Of a DNA stretch of 64,000 nucleotides, positions 41,000 through 53,945 are shown piece after piece (the stretch's first letter is position 1; every line of letters begins with the position of its first letter). This stretch comes from the human T2T-CHM13v2.0 reference genome, Homo sapiens. Location: NCBI RefSeq assembly GCF_009914755.1, contig NC_060933.1, one strand, 5' to 3'. The notes under the pieces were generated by a model. It saw only the letters and a program-made list of their open reading frames with translations. It did no database searches and was not told where the DNA came from. A program made the translations under genes and the position numbers.

Positions 41000-41856
41000 A
41001 AGATACACAACTTGCAGATATACAACTAGTTCATGGAGATGAAACATTTTCAAATCTACAAGAAAATGTTTTCTAAAATGAGCATTGCATATTAGACTTT
41101 CACGAGCACTGTATCAGACTTATATTTACTTCATAATATTGCCAATACTGATATCAGATATTTAATTTTCTAGCCAGTTCAGGATAATGTGAATTGTGAA
41201 TAATATATTTGTTCATCCAGTCAACAAACATTTTTTATCAGATACCACCGATATGCTGGACAGTGTCATGGATCCTAAAAATATAGCTGTTATTATTATT
41301 TTTTTAAACAAAATCCCCACTGTGATAAAGCTTTTATTCTTTGGGACAGGCAGACAGTAATCCAGATAAATAAATGCAAGGGCAAATTGGGGGAAAAATT
41401 GGAATGGAGAGCTCAGAATCTGGCCCCAGAGAAGGGCAGAGGGAAAGGGGACCCAGTTCAGAATCTCGGTGCGTCCACACCAAACAATTCCATGAGGGCT
41501 GAAGAGACAGAGCTGAAAGGCTTGTCTGACATCACAAAAGACAGAAAAGTGAGCCCCATTTTCATCTCTATCCTGACAATGTTCCTGGCTTGATTTCCTC
41601 CTTCCAGCAGACACAAGAATCAGGGAGCGCACCCTGATGGTAACATTTTTTTCAGGGGCCTATTTTGGGGATCCTGGTGAGAACCTGAGTCCGTCACTGT
41701 CCACGGCAGCCCAGCATGGTCCCCAGTGCGTGGTCCAAGGCCAAGATTCTCTACCTCCATCCTGGAGGCAGAAGAAATGTCTGGGGGAAAATGAGAGGTT
41801 TTAGGTGGTTGGCACTGGGTGAGACCAAGGAGAAATTTTAAAGCTGTGTGTCCTGG

Positions 41857-42170
41857 GGCCGGGGGTGGTGGCTCACGCCTGTAATCCCAGCACTTTGAGA
41901 GGCCGAGGCGGGCAGATCACGCGGTCAGGAGATTGAGACCATCCTGGCTAACGGTGAAACCCCGTCTCTACTAAAAATACAAAAAATTAGCCGGGCTTGG
42001 TAGCGGGCGCCTGTAGTCCCAGCTATTCGGGAGACTGAGGCAGGAGAATGGCGTGAACCGGGAGGCGCAGCTTGCAGTGAACTAAGATCGCGCCACTGCA
42101 CTCCAGCCTGGGTGACAGAAAGAGACTCCTTCTCAAAAAAATAAAAATAAAATAAAAATAAAAAATAGAA
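41857..42170 (+). mobile_element. AluY
   Basis: Y diagnostics; TSD aaagctgtgtgtcct at 41840-41854 and 42171-42185. Confidence 0.95.
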
Positions 42171-42550
42171 AAAGCTGTGTGTCCTTTGTTTCTTCATATT
42201 TTGCAGATTTTTGATGTTAAAATATTTTCATAGTCAAAAGAGTGTTAATAAAGAATGACTTCTCTGTTATAAAAACCCTAATAGTGAATGTATTTACCAA
42301 GAAATTAGATTCTATCTTTGGTTTTTTGTTTTTTGCCCCGTAGTTTTTAAAAAAATAGTTTTATTGTGTGGATATTCTACAGTTAGTGTATCTATTCACC
42401 TCTTGATGGACATTTGGTTTGCTTCCAGTTGTTTTTGCTATTTCAAATAAAGTTGCTACGAATGTTTGTCCAATCGTTTGGACATACACTTTCATTTGTC
42501 TTGGGCAAATAAGCAGGATTTGAATGACTAGGTGGTGTGATATGTTTAAC

Positions 42551-42853
42551 TTTTTTTTTTTTTTTTTTTTTTGAGACGGAGTCTCGCTCTGTCGCCCAGG
42601 CTGGAGTGCAGTGGTGCATCGCGGCTCACTGCAAGCTCCACCTCCCGGGTTCACGCCATTCTCCTGCCTCAGCTTCCGGAGTAGCTGGGATTACAGGTGC
42701 TCGCCACCACGCCCGGCTAATTTTTTGTATGTTTAGTAGATATGGGGTTTCACCGTGTTAGCTAGGATGGTCTCGATTTCCTGACCTCGTGATCCGCCCG
42801 CCTTGGCCTCCCAAAGTGCTGGGATTACAGGCGTGAGCCACCGCTCCCAGCCA
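42551..42853 (-). mobile_element. AluY within an old minus-strand L1M fragment (~42350-43240)
   Basis: gcaagctcc...ttcacgccattctcc diagnostics; TSD gtttaactttt. Confidence 0.95.
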
Positions 42854-43243
42854 GTTTAACTTTTAAAGAAACTGACAAAGTGGCTGTATTTCCAGCAGCA
42901 GTATATGAGCATTCCTGTTCCTTTGTGTTCTCACCAATGTTTAGTATGGTCAGTCTTTTAAATTTTAGCTATTCTAATAGGCAAGTAACAGTATCTCATT
43001 GTGGTTTTAATTTACATTTCCCTAATGATGAATGATGTGCTTATGTATCGTCCATCTGTATTCTATGGTGAAATGTCTGTTCAGATCTCTACATTTGTGT
43101 TAGACTATTTGTTTTCCTATTATTGAGTCCTGAGAGTTCTTTGCATATTTTGGATAACAAATGTATCTTCACCAGATATAGCTTTTGTAAATTTTTACTC
43201 CCAGTCTGTGATTTGTCTTTTTATTCTCTCGATAGTGTTTTTC

Positions 43244-43537
43244 TTTTTTCTTTCTTTTTTTTTTTTTTTTGACAGAGTCTGGCTCTGTCACCCAGGCTGG
43301 ATTTCGGTGGCACGATCTCGGCTCACTGCAAGCTCCGCCTCCCGGGTTCACGCCATTCTCCTGCCTCAGCCTCTACGAGTGGCTGGGACTACAGGCGCCC
43401 GCCACTACGCCCCGCTAATTTTTTGTATTTTTGGTAGAGAGGGGTTTCATCGTGGTCTAGATCGCCTGACCTCGTGATCCACCCACCTCGGCCTCCCAAA
43501 GTGCTGGGATTACAAGCGTTAGCCACCGCACCTGGCC
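43244..43537 (-). mobile_element. AluY-type element
   Basis: Y diagnostics; TSD tct(c/g)ga(t/c)agtgtttttc. Confidence 0.93.
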
Positions 43538-44119
43538 TCTGGACAGTGTTTTTCACAGGTCAGATTAATTTTTATATAAATCATTTATTTTATTTTTATT
43601 ATGTAAAATTTTATAATTTTTAATTTTATTTTTAATTTCCTTTTTAAAAGTTAAATAAAATTTTAAGTGTAATGATGCAAAATTTTGTTTAAAAGTAAAT
43701 GTATATAAAAATGTTGATATAGACTAAAAAATTGAATAAGTAAGAAGGTAGTTAGTTGTCACAGTAGGAGTGAAGTGAAAAGCTTCCCCTTTCACCCTCT
43801 GAAGATTACCGGAAATGAACTGACCATACACAGATTAATAAAAGAAAGGGTATACAAACTTACATAACCTGCAAAAACATGAGAGCTATACACAAAGTAT
43901 AAGACTTGAAGATGGCTCAGATCTTAAACGCTCTCCTCATAGGCAATAGATATATAGACCCAGGATGCAGACATTATTTTGTAAATAATTTCCTTTGGAA
44001 GCTGGATGGGACAGACAAATTACAGGAAGGTGAGAGATGGAACTGCACAGGAAAAAAGTTTGTCTTTGTCACTTTAATCTTATCATTACTAGAGAATATT
44101 TATGAATATTTTAGAATAA

Positions 44120-44478
<359 letters not shown>

Positions 44479-44584
44479 CATATTTCTATACTTCACTGAG
44501 GAAAGGAAGGTGCTAGGAAAATTGGTTAAGAACTATTTTTTAAAAAGCTATTAGTAGTGTTTTATTTTATTTTATTTTTTAATG

Positions 44585-44710
44585 ATTGATTTTTGAGATT
44601 GGGATCTCACTATGTTGCCCAGGCTGGTTTCACATTCCCAAGTTTAAGCAATACCCCTGCCTCAGTCTCCCAAGTAGCTGGGATGACAGGTGTGTGTCAC
44701 CATACCCAGC
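44585..44710 (-). mobile_element. Alu left monomer (FLAM-like)
   Basis: tctcactatgttgcccaggctgg...caccatacccagc. Confidence 0.75.
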
Positions 44711-44881
44711 TCCATTAGTAGCGTTTTTAACAATTGTGGGCCACTGAGTAAGAATAATTTTTTTTAAATTAAAGGTTATTTTTTAAAAAGCACATTTGTA
44801 GAAAATTACTAGCATAATCTGCCTAAAATAAATATACATATTGAAAAAATCTTTGCTCCGAACAAAAAGAAATATATTCAC

Positions 44882-44945
44882 CACACATACATACATATAC
44901 ACACACACACATGCACACACGCACACACACACACACACACACACA
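44882..44945 (+). repeat. (CA)n microsatellite, imperfect
   Basis: Directly visible. Confidence 0.9.
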
Positions 44946-46348
44946 TTATGGAAGATTTCAAGACCAGGCAATAATTTCCACTCAATCCAAAAACAATGCA
45001 ATCCCAGAGCTGAATATTTAGGTGAAAATATATCAGGAATGGGAGGCATTCAGGTTTAATTTTCATGTTTTGGTAGAGTTAGGATGTGAGTTTTCATTTA
45101 AAAATATTCTTTATTTTTTTTGCTACTATTGTGGTTTCTGTATTGTTACTATACAATCTGTAAACTAAATAGTAAAGGAGAGAAAAGTGATTTTCAAAGA
45201 AGCTGGCTTGGGAACAGGTACTATTCTGGGAAGATGAAAGGTTTCACTTAATGACTGGTACCTGTGCCACTCTGGTTATTTTAACTGTTAACCTTTTAGC
45301 AAGAGGTTTTTCTTTTAAAAGACATCCTTTAATATTTGGGAAGCTAGTGCAATAGTACACATTGAGGCACACATACCACATGCCAAATATTTAAAAGGCA
45401 CATTTCTAGCTAACCACTGTACATACATATATTTTTTCTTATTTTCTGATTTTAGTTTTTTTCCTTGTCAACAATTTATGTCCACACATATCTTCTATCA
45501 TCCCACTTTGACAAGTAATATTATACCTTCAAAATGATGTGGAAGACTAGATTGGAATTTAGAACCGTAGAACCTTGTAATTGTACAGGCAAGTTTCTTC
45601 CTGGGAAAAAATAAAACAGGAAGAAAAGGCTGGGCAGCCTCTGGTTCAGGAAGGAAATTCAGGAGTCCCTTATAGCAGCATCTCTAGTACTTGGGAACCG
45701 AACAGACTTCTCGGCCTGTGAGGCTGGAATGGGCCCTTCTGGAGAACACGACAGAGAAGTTATCTACTGCCTTTGCCCCCAGGGCCCAGGCAACACTTTT
45801 ACCCTCCATTGTTTCTGAAGTTAAGGGGAGGAGACAATGTTTTGTTTAGTGACCTCGACAGAAAAAGTGTCCTCCTGCAACCACTCATTTGTTACTTTCC
45901 TTCTTCCTGAATTGCCTGGACCCACTCCTCCTCCATTTGACTGGCTCTGTGCACTGATCTTATAGTCAGGAGATTTTTGGGAATTGTGGCTTCTAAAAAT
46001 GTACACCCGACTCTACCCATAGCTGGCCCTGTGAACCTACACACCTGCTCCACTGTGTATCCTTCTCAAAGAGACACTCTTCCTGCTGAGTCTCTGCCCT
46101 CTGCTCCTAGATCCAAATGGCATCTCCTACCCTATCCCTGTATGGTTTAACCTAGGGAAACTCTTTCCCAGAGGAGTCAGGTAAGGAGACAGTGGCTGAG
46201 CTTCTTACAGACTTAAAGGAGACATCCTGGAATTTAGGAGTCAGTCCTTCCTTTCTGTAATCCCTGGCAGCTCCTGCTGCTGCTCAAAGTTTAGCTTTGT
46301 CTCTCATCCAGCTCAGACTTTTGCTGGTCCTGATGGCCTCTGCTTAGC

Positions 46349-46495
46349 TGTATTAGTACGCTCTTGCATTCCTATAAAGAAATACATGAGAAATACCTTT
46401 AGTTGGCTCACAGTTCCATAGGCTATACAGGAAGCATGGTGGTTTCTGCTTCCGGGGAGGCCTCAGGAAACTTTTACTCAAGGTGCAGGGCAAAA
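46349..46495 (-). mobile_element. MST/THE1-type MaLR LTR fragment
   Basis: tgtattagt...ttgcattcctataaagaaatac...ggctatacaggaagcatgg...ggggaggcctcaggaaactt. Confidence 0.8.
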
Positions 46496-47703
46496 AAAAA
46501 CAAAAAACAACAAAAAAAAAAAACTACCAGCACTGCACTGTGAGGCCCTGATCCCTGAGCTAACTTCATATTATTACCTCTACAGCAAGTGTCCGTGAGA
46601 ACATAGATATATTTCTTATGTGAGTACACAATTTACAGAAGAGGAACTACCCTCCCAAACCAAAACAAAATGTCATAATTTTAATTTACCAGCAAACCTA
46701 GGTTGCTTCTGTGAAATGATCTCATTTGCTGAGTTTTAAAATTGACTAAATTTCCCAATTTCCAAATGAAAATATTTAGTTGTCTTGCTATGTGTTTTTG
46801 GTTAATATGATGATTAATTTTTGGTCTATTACTTAATATATTCCATGATTGTTGATATGGATTATAAGGACTCACAAAATAGTTTTCAGATGTCTTTAAA
46901 TTTTTTACTTAGTGTAGATCCTATAAATGGATTAGGAGTATTCTATTAACTCCCATGTATTCAGAAATCGAATTGGAGTGGTAAATTCTGTTTGAAGTAA
47001 CAAGGGATATCAAAGGAAAAAAATAATTTTGTGACTATGTCTTCTATACGTAAATTTTTCAGGCATCTTTATCAATGGCTTATACTAAAGACATTTTCTG
47101 GATCATGGGTGACACACAGAAGACCTGTGGATAAGTGGCATTGTGTACACTACTGCATTTTATCATCTGGTTCATTTTTCAACTTTTATTTCTCTTAAGG
47201 ATGTTTTATTAACTGGTGCATCACCAGGTTACCAGTCTCTGGAACACTAAACTTACCAGAAAATACTTGTTGATTGAATTAACAAGAAAACAACATTAGA
47301 AAACAGTGGTGGCTTGTTTTTGTCCATTGCAGTATCTTGGAGAGTAAAGCCTAACTCTTTAATTTTGGCCAAAGATATAAAGAAATACCTGAGAAACACC
47401 TTTAGTTGGCTCATGGTTCCGTAGGCTATACAGGAAGCATGGTGGTTTCTGCTTCTGGGGAGTCCTCCAACACTTACTGGCAGGGTAATTTTGAAGAAGT
47501 CATAATAAGATGGTTGTTACAATTAAATGAAATAATCAAAGTGGAAGAGCTTAGTTAGCTGTCTTCCCTAAATGAATCACTGGCAAGTAAGAGTGTGATT
47601 GATTTTCCTACCAGTCAGGACTCACCCCTTGAAGCTATAGGAGGGTAAACCTCTGAAGACCATACAATTTAGGGAACACTAACACCTCAAAAACCTCTGT
47701 AAA

Positions 47704-48093
47704 CTTCCTTCCTTCCTTTTCTTCCTTCCTTCCTTCCTTCCTTCCTTCCTTCCTTCCTTCCTTCCTTCCTCCTTCCCTCCCTCTCTCTCTCTCTTTTTCT
47801 TTCTTTGTTCATTTCTGAGACAGAGTCTTGCTCTGTCATTCAGGCTAGAGTGTAGTGGCTGGATTATGGCTCACTGCCGCCTTGACCTCCTAGGCTCAAG
47901 TAATCCTCTCACCTCAGCCTCCCTAGTAGCTGGGACTATTGGCATGCTCAGCTAATTTTTTTCTCCTTTTCTTTTTGTAGAGACAGGGTCTCATCATGTT
48001 GCCCAGGCTGGTCTTGGACTCCTTGGATCAAGCAATCCTGCTGCCTCAGCCTCCCAAAGTGCTGGATTACAAGCATGAGCCACTGTGCCCAGC
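47704..48093 (-). mobile_element. AluJ with (TTCC)n/(TC)n-derived tail
   Basis: Antisense AluJ at ~47810-48093 preceded by a pyrimidine microsatellite. Confidence 0.88.
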
Positions 48094-48132
48094 CTTAAGT
48101 TTTTTTCATACAGGAGGAAAGAATTTGGAAAG

Positions 48133-48135
<3 letters not shown>

Positions 48136-48187
<52 letters not shown>
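48136..48187 (+). repeat. Pure (GT)n microsatellite (~26 units)
   Basis: Directly visible. Confidence 0.95.
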
Positions 48188-48188
<1 letters not shown>

Positions 48189-48389
48189 GGTTAGGGAGCC
48201 AACACATTTTTCTGCAAAGCTTGAATTCTATGCCTCAGTTTTTCATTTTTGTTATGTGCAAAATAAAATCGTATCCTGCTATAGATTTAAACCTGTGAGC
48301 GAATCCTACTCAAAACCTGATTCAAACTTTGTGTAGATCTTTGCCTCTCTGTGGCATAAGAATAAATTCTTCTGGTTTTCTTCCCTCAG

Positions 48390-48793
48390 AAAAATGGACT
48401 TAGACTTCCCACAAGCCTTCCAGAAAGAACTCACCTGCCTTATCTGCCTGAATTACCTCATAGACCCCATCACTATAGGCTGCGGGCACAGTTTCTGTAG
48501 GCCCTGCCTCTGCCTTTGCTGGGAAGAAGCACACACTCCTGCCCTGCATGCAGGGAATTGTCACAGCAGGAAGATTTCAACCAATATTCTTCTGAAGAAT
48601 CTAGTGTCCATTGCCACAAAAGCCAGTCTCTGGCAATTCCTGAGCTCTAATGAACAAATGTGCGGGATCCACAGGGAGACAAAGATGTTCTGTGATGTGG
48701 GCAAGAGCCTGCTCTGTTTTCTGTGTTCTAACTCTCAGGAACACTGGGGCACAGAAACACTGGCTCACTGAAGGGGCAGCTAAGGAACACTGT
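48390..48793 (+). pseudogene. TRIM43-like unprocessed pseudogene fragment: first coding exon (RING + B-box) with frameshifts
   Basis: Acceptor ttccctcag|aaaaATG (ATG 48394). [46 protein letters not shown] and TNILLKNLV...[10 protein letters not shown]...CSNSQEH match the TRIM43/48/49/64 clade, closest to TRIM43 as I recall it. Donor CAC TGT|gtaagt at 48794. Frameshifts at ~48540, ~48580 and ~48744. Confidence 0.9.
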
Positions 48794-49099
48794 GTAAGTG
48801 ATGACTCAGAGCACTTTGAAAGCTGGAGGGCAGCACAGGTAAAGAGATTAGGAGGAAGATGAAGAGCACGAGGATTAATCTATTCTTTACCGAGTGTCAT
48901 GTACTGCCTAGGTATCAGTGATATAACTATTATCCTGCTATCAAATCTACTGATAAGTGGCTCATTTAACTTATAGGCACTCATCACAATGCAAGAAATC
49001 CTCTGACTGCTCCTACCATCATGGCCCCTAGCCATGATATGACTTGTCTCCACACTAGCAGAAACTAATCGAGTCCCTATATTAGGGATAAGTGGCATT

Positions 49100-49199
49100 T
49101 ATATATATATATATATATAATTTTTATATATAAATTTTATATGATATATAAAACATAAATATTTATACTATATTATATACATATATACATACATATATA

Positions 49200-49240
<41 letters not shown>

Positions 49241-49241
49241 T
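49100..49241 (+). repeat. (TA)n AT-rich low-complexity tract
   Basis: Directly visible. Confidence 0.9.
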
Positions 49242-49306
49242 CACAATGCCAAAAATGTTTTGTCTTCGAAATAATCACAGTGCATTTGGAGAGACAAATG
49301 CATCTA

Positions 49307-49778
<472 letters not shown>

Positions 49779-49859
49779 TCATGGTTATGAACATGTAGAC
49801 TACTCAAGATTGTGTATTTTTAAAATAATAGAATACTAGGTTAAAAAATTAGCATTACA

Positions 49860-50430
49860 GAATGAAAAATAAGCCACAAATTAGCAGAAGATAATTGTAA
49901 CACATAAAAACAAAAGATTAAATACAATGGTAATGTAATGATAGCTATTCTTACAAAGTTGTTTCTATGTCTCAGGTACTATTCTGAACAACATACGTGC
50001 ATCTTGAATGCGTGAAGAATTCCTATATAAGAAAAACACAAACAACAACATTTAAAATGAGCAAAAAACCCGTATAGGAATTTCACAGAAGAGAAAACAT
50101 AAATGGCCCATAAACACAATAAAAGATGCTCAACTACAATTCTAATCAGGGAAATAAACATTAAAACCCCAAAGAGATACCACTTCATACTCTAGGAAAA
50201 ACCTAAAAGGCTGTGAATATCTAGTTTCATTGAGGAAGAACAATGGGAAGACTATTCACTGCTGGTGAGGGTGTAGATTGGTACAACTGCCTTGGAGAAC
50301 AGTATGATGCCACTCAATAGAGCTGAACACACACATGCCCAATGACCAAGCAATTCCACTCCAGGTACATACAGGAAAAATACTCCTGCACAAGTAGAAT
50401 AGGAGACACTGCATAACAAAGTTCACTACA
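49860..50430 (+). mobile_element. Old L1M 3' ORF2 remnant
   Basis: ttcacagaagagaaaacataaatggcccataaacac...aagatgctcaac; agcaattccactccaggtacatac. Confidence 0.7.
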
Positions 50431-50434
50431 ACAT

Positions 50435-50665
50435 GAGGCTGAGGTGGGAAGATGGCTTGAGACCAGGAGTTCGAGGCTGCACCAGTAGCTGGGACTATAA
50501 GCATGTGTCACCGTGCCTGGCTAGTTTTTTGCTGTTGTGGTTGTTGTTAGAGATGAGGTCTTCCTTTATTGAACAAGCTGGTCTCCAACTCCTGGCTTCA
50601 AGTGATCTTCCCACTTCTGCCTCCCAAAGTGCTGGGATTACAGGTGTGAGCCACCATGCCCAGCC
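50435..50665. mobile_element. Fused opposite-orientation Alu fragments (+ 50435-50481; - 50484-50665)
   Basis: Sense gaggctgaggtgggaagatggcttgagaccaggagttcgaggctgca abuts antisense agtagctgggacta...ccaccatgcccagcc. Confidence 0.85.
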
Positions 50666-53128
50666 AAGTTCTGCTTCTTAACCTGAGGTAGATACTTTGA
50701 TGTTTCATTTTCCTTTATTGTACAGATATACTTTATATTCTCATGTGACACAAGTCAAAATTTAAAAAAACAATTTAATGTTTATTCCCTTTAGATGAAT
50801 GATGGGCAAATTTACATAATGAATTCATTACTGAAACAATGTATAGATTTCAGACTAGGAAAGTAACTATTTATAAAAGAAAAGCTTAAAACCTGAAACA
50901 GAAACAAAATCCTGAAACTGTAAAATTGAGTCAAACTAAAATTTAAAAAACAAAGCAATGATATAAAGTATCATTTGTCCAAATGTGTTCTACAAAATGC
51001 TTTTTTCTTAAATATGTCTGAGGAAAAACAGGTTCTAGGAGTAAAATATGTTTGAAAAATGCTGAGTTAAACAACTGAACCTATGAAGGAAGGAATAGAA
51101 CTTCTCAAGCTCTTGACTCTGGAATCTTTTTTACATGGCAATTAACACCATGCTTCTTCTTGGATTTGTATTTCAGATAAACACAATCTGGGAAACATTT
51201 TATAATACAGAGGGCCACACCAGATTGAATATTGCCCCCAGGAATGAAATGAAAACAGGAATGGATTCTCCAGTAAGAGGTACCCAGATATCCTAATCTT
51301 CAGTAGCTGACCTAAACCCTGGACAAGTGGGATCAAATCCCATAACCAAACACAACTTTTTAGGAACTAAGTGGATAATCACTCTGTGTTGTATGAACAT
51401 GTGGGCAGTGTGTTTCCTACACAGCTTAAAAGTGCAACAAAAAAAGATCTAGGTGTCATATAAAGAATTTCTACCACTGTTAGAGTAATGGTGGACTGAC
51501 AGGCAGAGGGTCTCAGATGTGACTTAAGTAAAGTTCAATAGAAGCTTCCAGCACAGATATTCATGTTTCAAATTGGACCGCTCAGTTAAAAAGTTTTCCC
51601 ATTAGACTTCCCCTAATCAAATTAGAAATTATCTAATTTTCTAATAAAGTTTTCCCCAGGCACAAGGAATCTGTGAACTGGACCTAAAAAATTCTTCGTA
51701 ATGTGCTTTTATTACCATAAAAGATGCACATTTATTTTAAAAACTTCTCTACACCACTATCATAAACCTTTGCACACACTTATTTCTTTTGGAAGCTAAC
51801 TTCTGAGTGGTAATGAAATATATTCTTAAGAAAAAAGTCCGACACAATGCCTTTGCGTCTTAAAATATGTTAAAATATTATTTGAAAAGAGTCAAACATC
51901 TGTCTTTTCAGGGTATCACAGGGCGTCAAACTGGAAAATGTGGCACTGCCTGGAGTTTCTACCTGGTGAAGGGTGGCAGAGTTTTCTCTTCAGAGGACTC
52001 TTGACAGGGTAGCATCCATTATCTTGCCAATTTACTACAACCTAGGCCCAATCCTCAGTCTTATAGGTTCAGAAATTTATTTTTATCAGCATCAACAGGG
52101 TAGCTACATTGCTTAGAAGCAAACAAAATTAACCATGCTTCAATAGAAATCAGGATATAGATGTATTAATACAGAATGACAAATATAACTGTGACAGAAA
52201 TAGGAATGCCTGTTTATGGTCATATACAGCCAATACTTTCATTACAGCCAAACTCATACATGCAGCCAAATAAGAGGCCCCTGGATACACAGGGAATCAG
52301 AATAAAAAAAGAAGAACTGAACATTTAATAGTCTTCTTTCATTCAATCAATAATTTTTTTTAATTAAGCAACTACTATGTCCGGGTAACCTTCTAGGTCC
52401 TGGGGATACAGAGGTCTCTGCTTACAGAAGTCATATGTAAGTAGCAGGTGAAGAGTATGTGTTTCACAGAAGTTTATTACAATATATTAACAAGAGCAAA
52501 AAATTTTGGAAGCAATCTAAATGTTCAATAATAGAGCTCCAATTAAATAACAATAAATCCAAATAATGAAAAATAATGCAGCCCTTTAAGAATAAGCACT
52601 TGCAAGCCGTAATTCATGACATGGGAAAATTATCATAATGGAAAAAGAAGCAAGCTATATATAGTGCATGATCCTATACACACACATACATACATACATA
52701 TTTCCTATCCCTTTATATGCATAAGAAAACAAGCAGGAGGAAAGTCATATCTTTAGTCAAGTCTTGTTTACTAACGTACTATTAATGATTATCTTTTCTT
52801 TTTCTTTATACTTTTTGCATTTTTCAATTTCCTAAAATAGCCTTACATGCCTTTTATCACCAGGAGAAAATTACTTCTAAAGTAATTTCAGTCAACATGC
52901 ATACTAAGAACTCTTCAGATTTATCTGTTAGAAGCTGTGCATGAATGCCAGTCCTTGCATCTGTCTTGGAACTCACAGAGAGCTCTTTTCCCATGGCTTT
53001 AAGCAATACTCAAAAAGACTAGCATACCTGAATTTCCTAGTCCTATGTTTTTTTCATCCAACAGCCAGTCTTGTATTTCTAGCTGTTTTCTTAACATTTC
53101 AACCAAACCATTTTACAGATAACTCATA

Positions 53129-53444
53129 CAGTCATCCTTTGATATGCATGGGGAATTGGTTCGAGGATCCCCCTTGTATACCAAAATCCATGGATGCTCA
53201 AGTTACTGGTATAAAATAGTGTAGTATTTGCATATAACCTACACACATCCTCCTATATACTTTAAATCATCTCTAGATTACTTAATAACAATTAATACGA
53301 TGTAAATGCTATGTAAATAGTTGGTATACCATGTTGTTTTTTATTTGTATCATTTTTTATCATTGTATTGTTTTTTCTGACAATTTTGTTCCACAGTTGT
53401 TTGAATCGGTGGATGCAGAACCCATGAATATGGAGAGTCAATTG
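53129..53444 (+). mobile_element. MER2-like (TcMar-Tigger) DNA transposon MITE
   Basis: TA|cagtcatcctt...ccaaaatccatggatgctcaag...ggatgcagaacccatgaatatggagagtcaattg with decayed terminal inverted repeats. Confidence 0.85.
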
Positions 53445-53566
53445 CATTTTATTATGCCCAAAGGTAAATGCATAATTTTTCCACACAGCTAATCTTCTAG
53501 CAACCCCATTGCTGTCCATGGCAAACAGGCTTAGTTAATCTCGCCCTTTCCCGTTTCAGGTTCATT

Positions 53567-53945
53567 ATACACCATGGAATACTATGCAGCCATAAAAAAT
53601 GATGAGTTCATGTCCTTACTAGGGACATGGATGAAGCTGGAAACCATCATTCTCAGCAAACTATCGCAAGGACAAAAAACCAAACACCGCATGTTCTCAC
53701 TCATAGGTGGGAATTGAACAATGAGAACACTTGGACACAGGAAGGGGAACATCACACACCAGGGCCTGTTGTGGGGTGGGGGGAGGGGGGAGAGATAGCA
53801 TTAGGAGATATGCCTAACATAAATGATGAGTTAATGGGTGCAGCACACCAACATGGCACACGTATACATATGCAACAAACCTGCACATTGTTCATGTGTA
53901 CCCTAGAATTTAAAGTATAAAAAAAATAAAAAAATAAAGAAAGAA
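53567..53945 (+). mobile_element. L1PA 3' end (5'-truncated)
   Basis: Canonical L1PA 3' UTR with A-rich tail. Confidence 0.95.
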
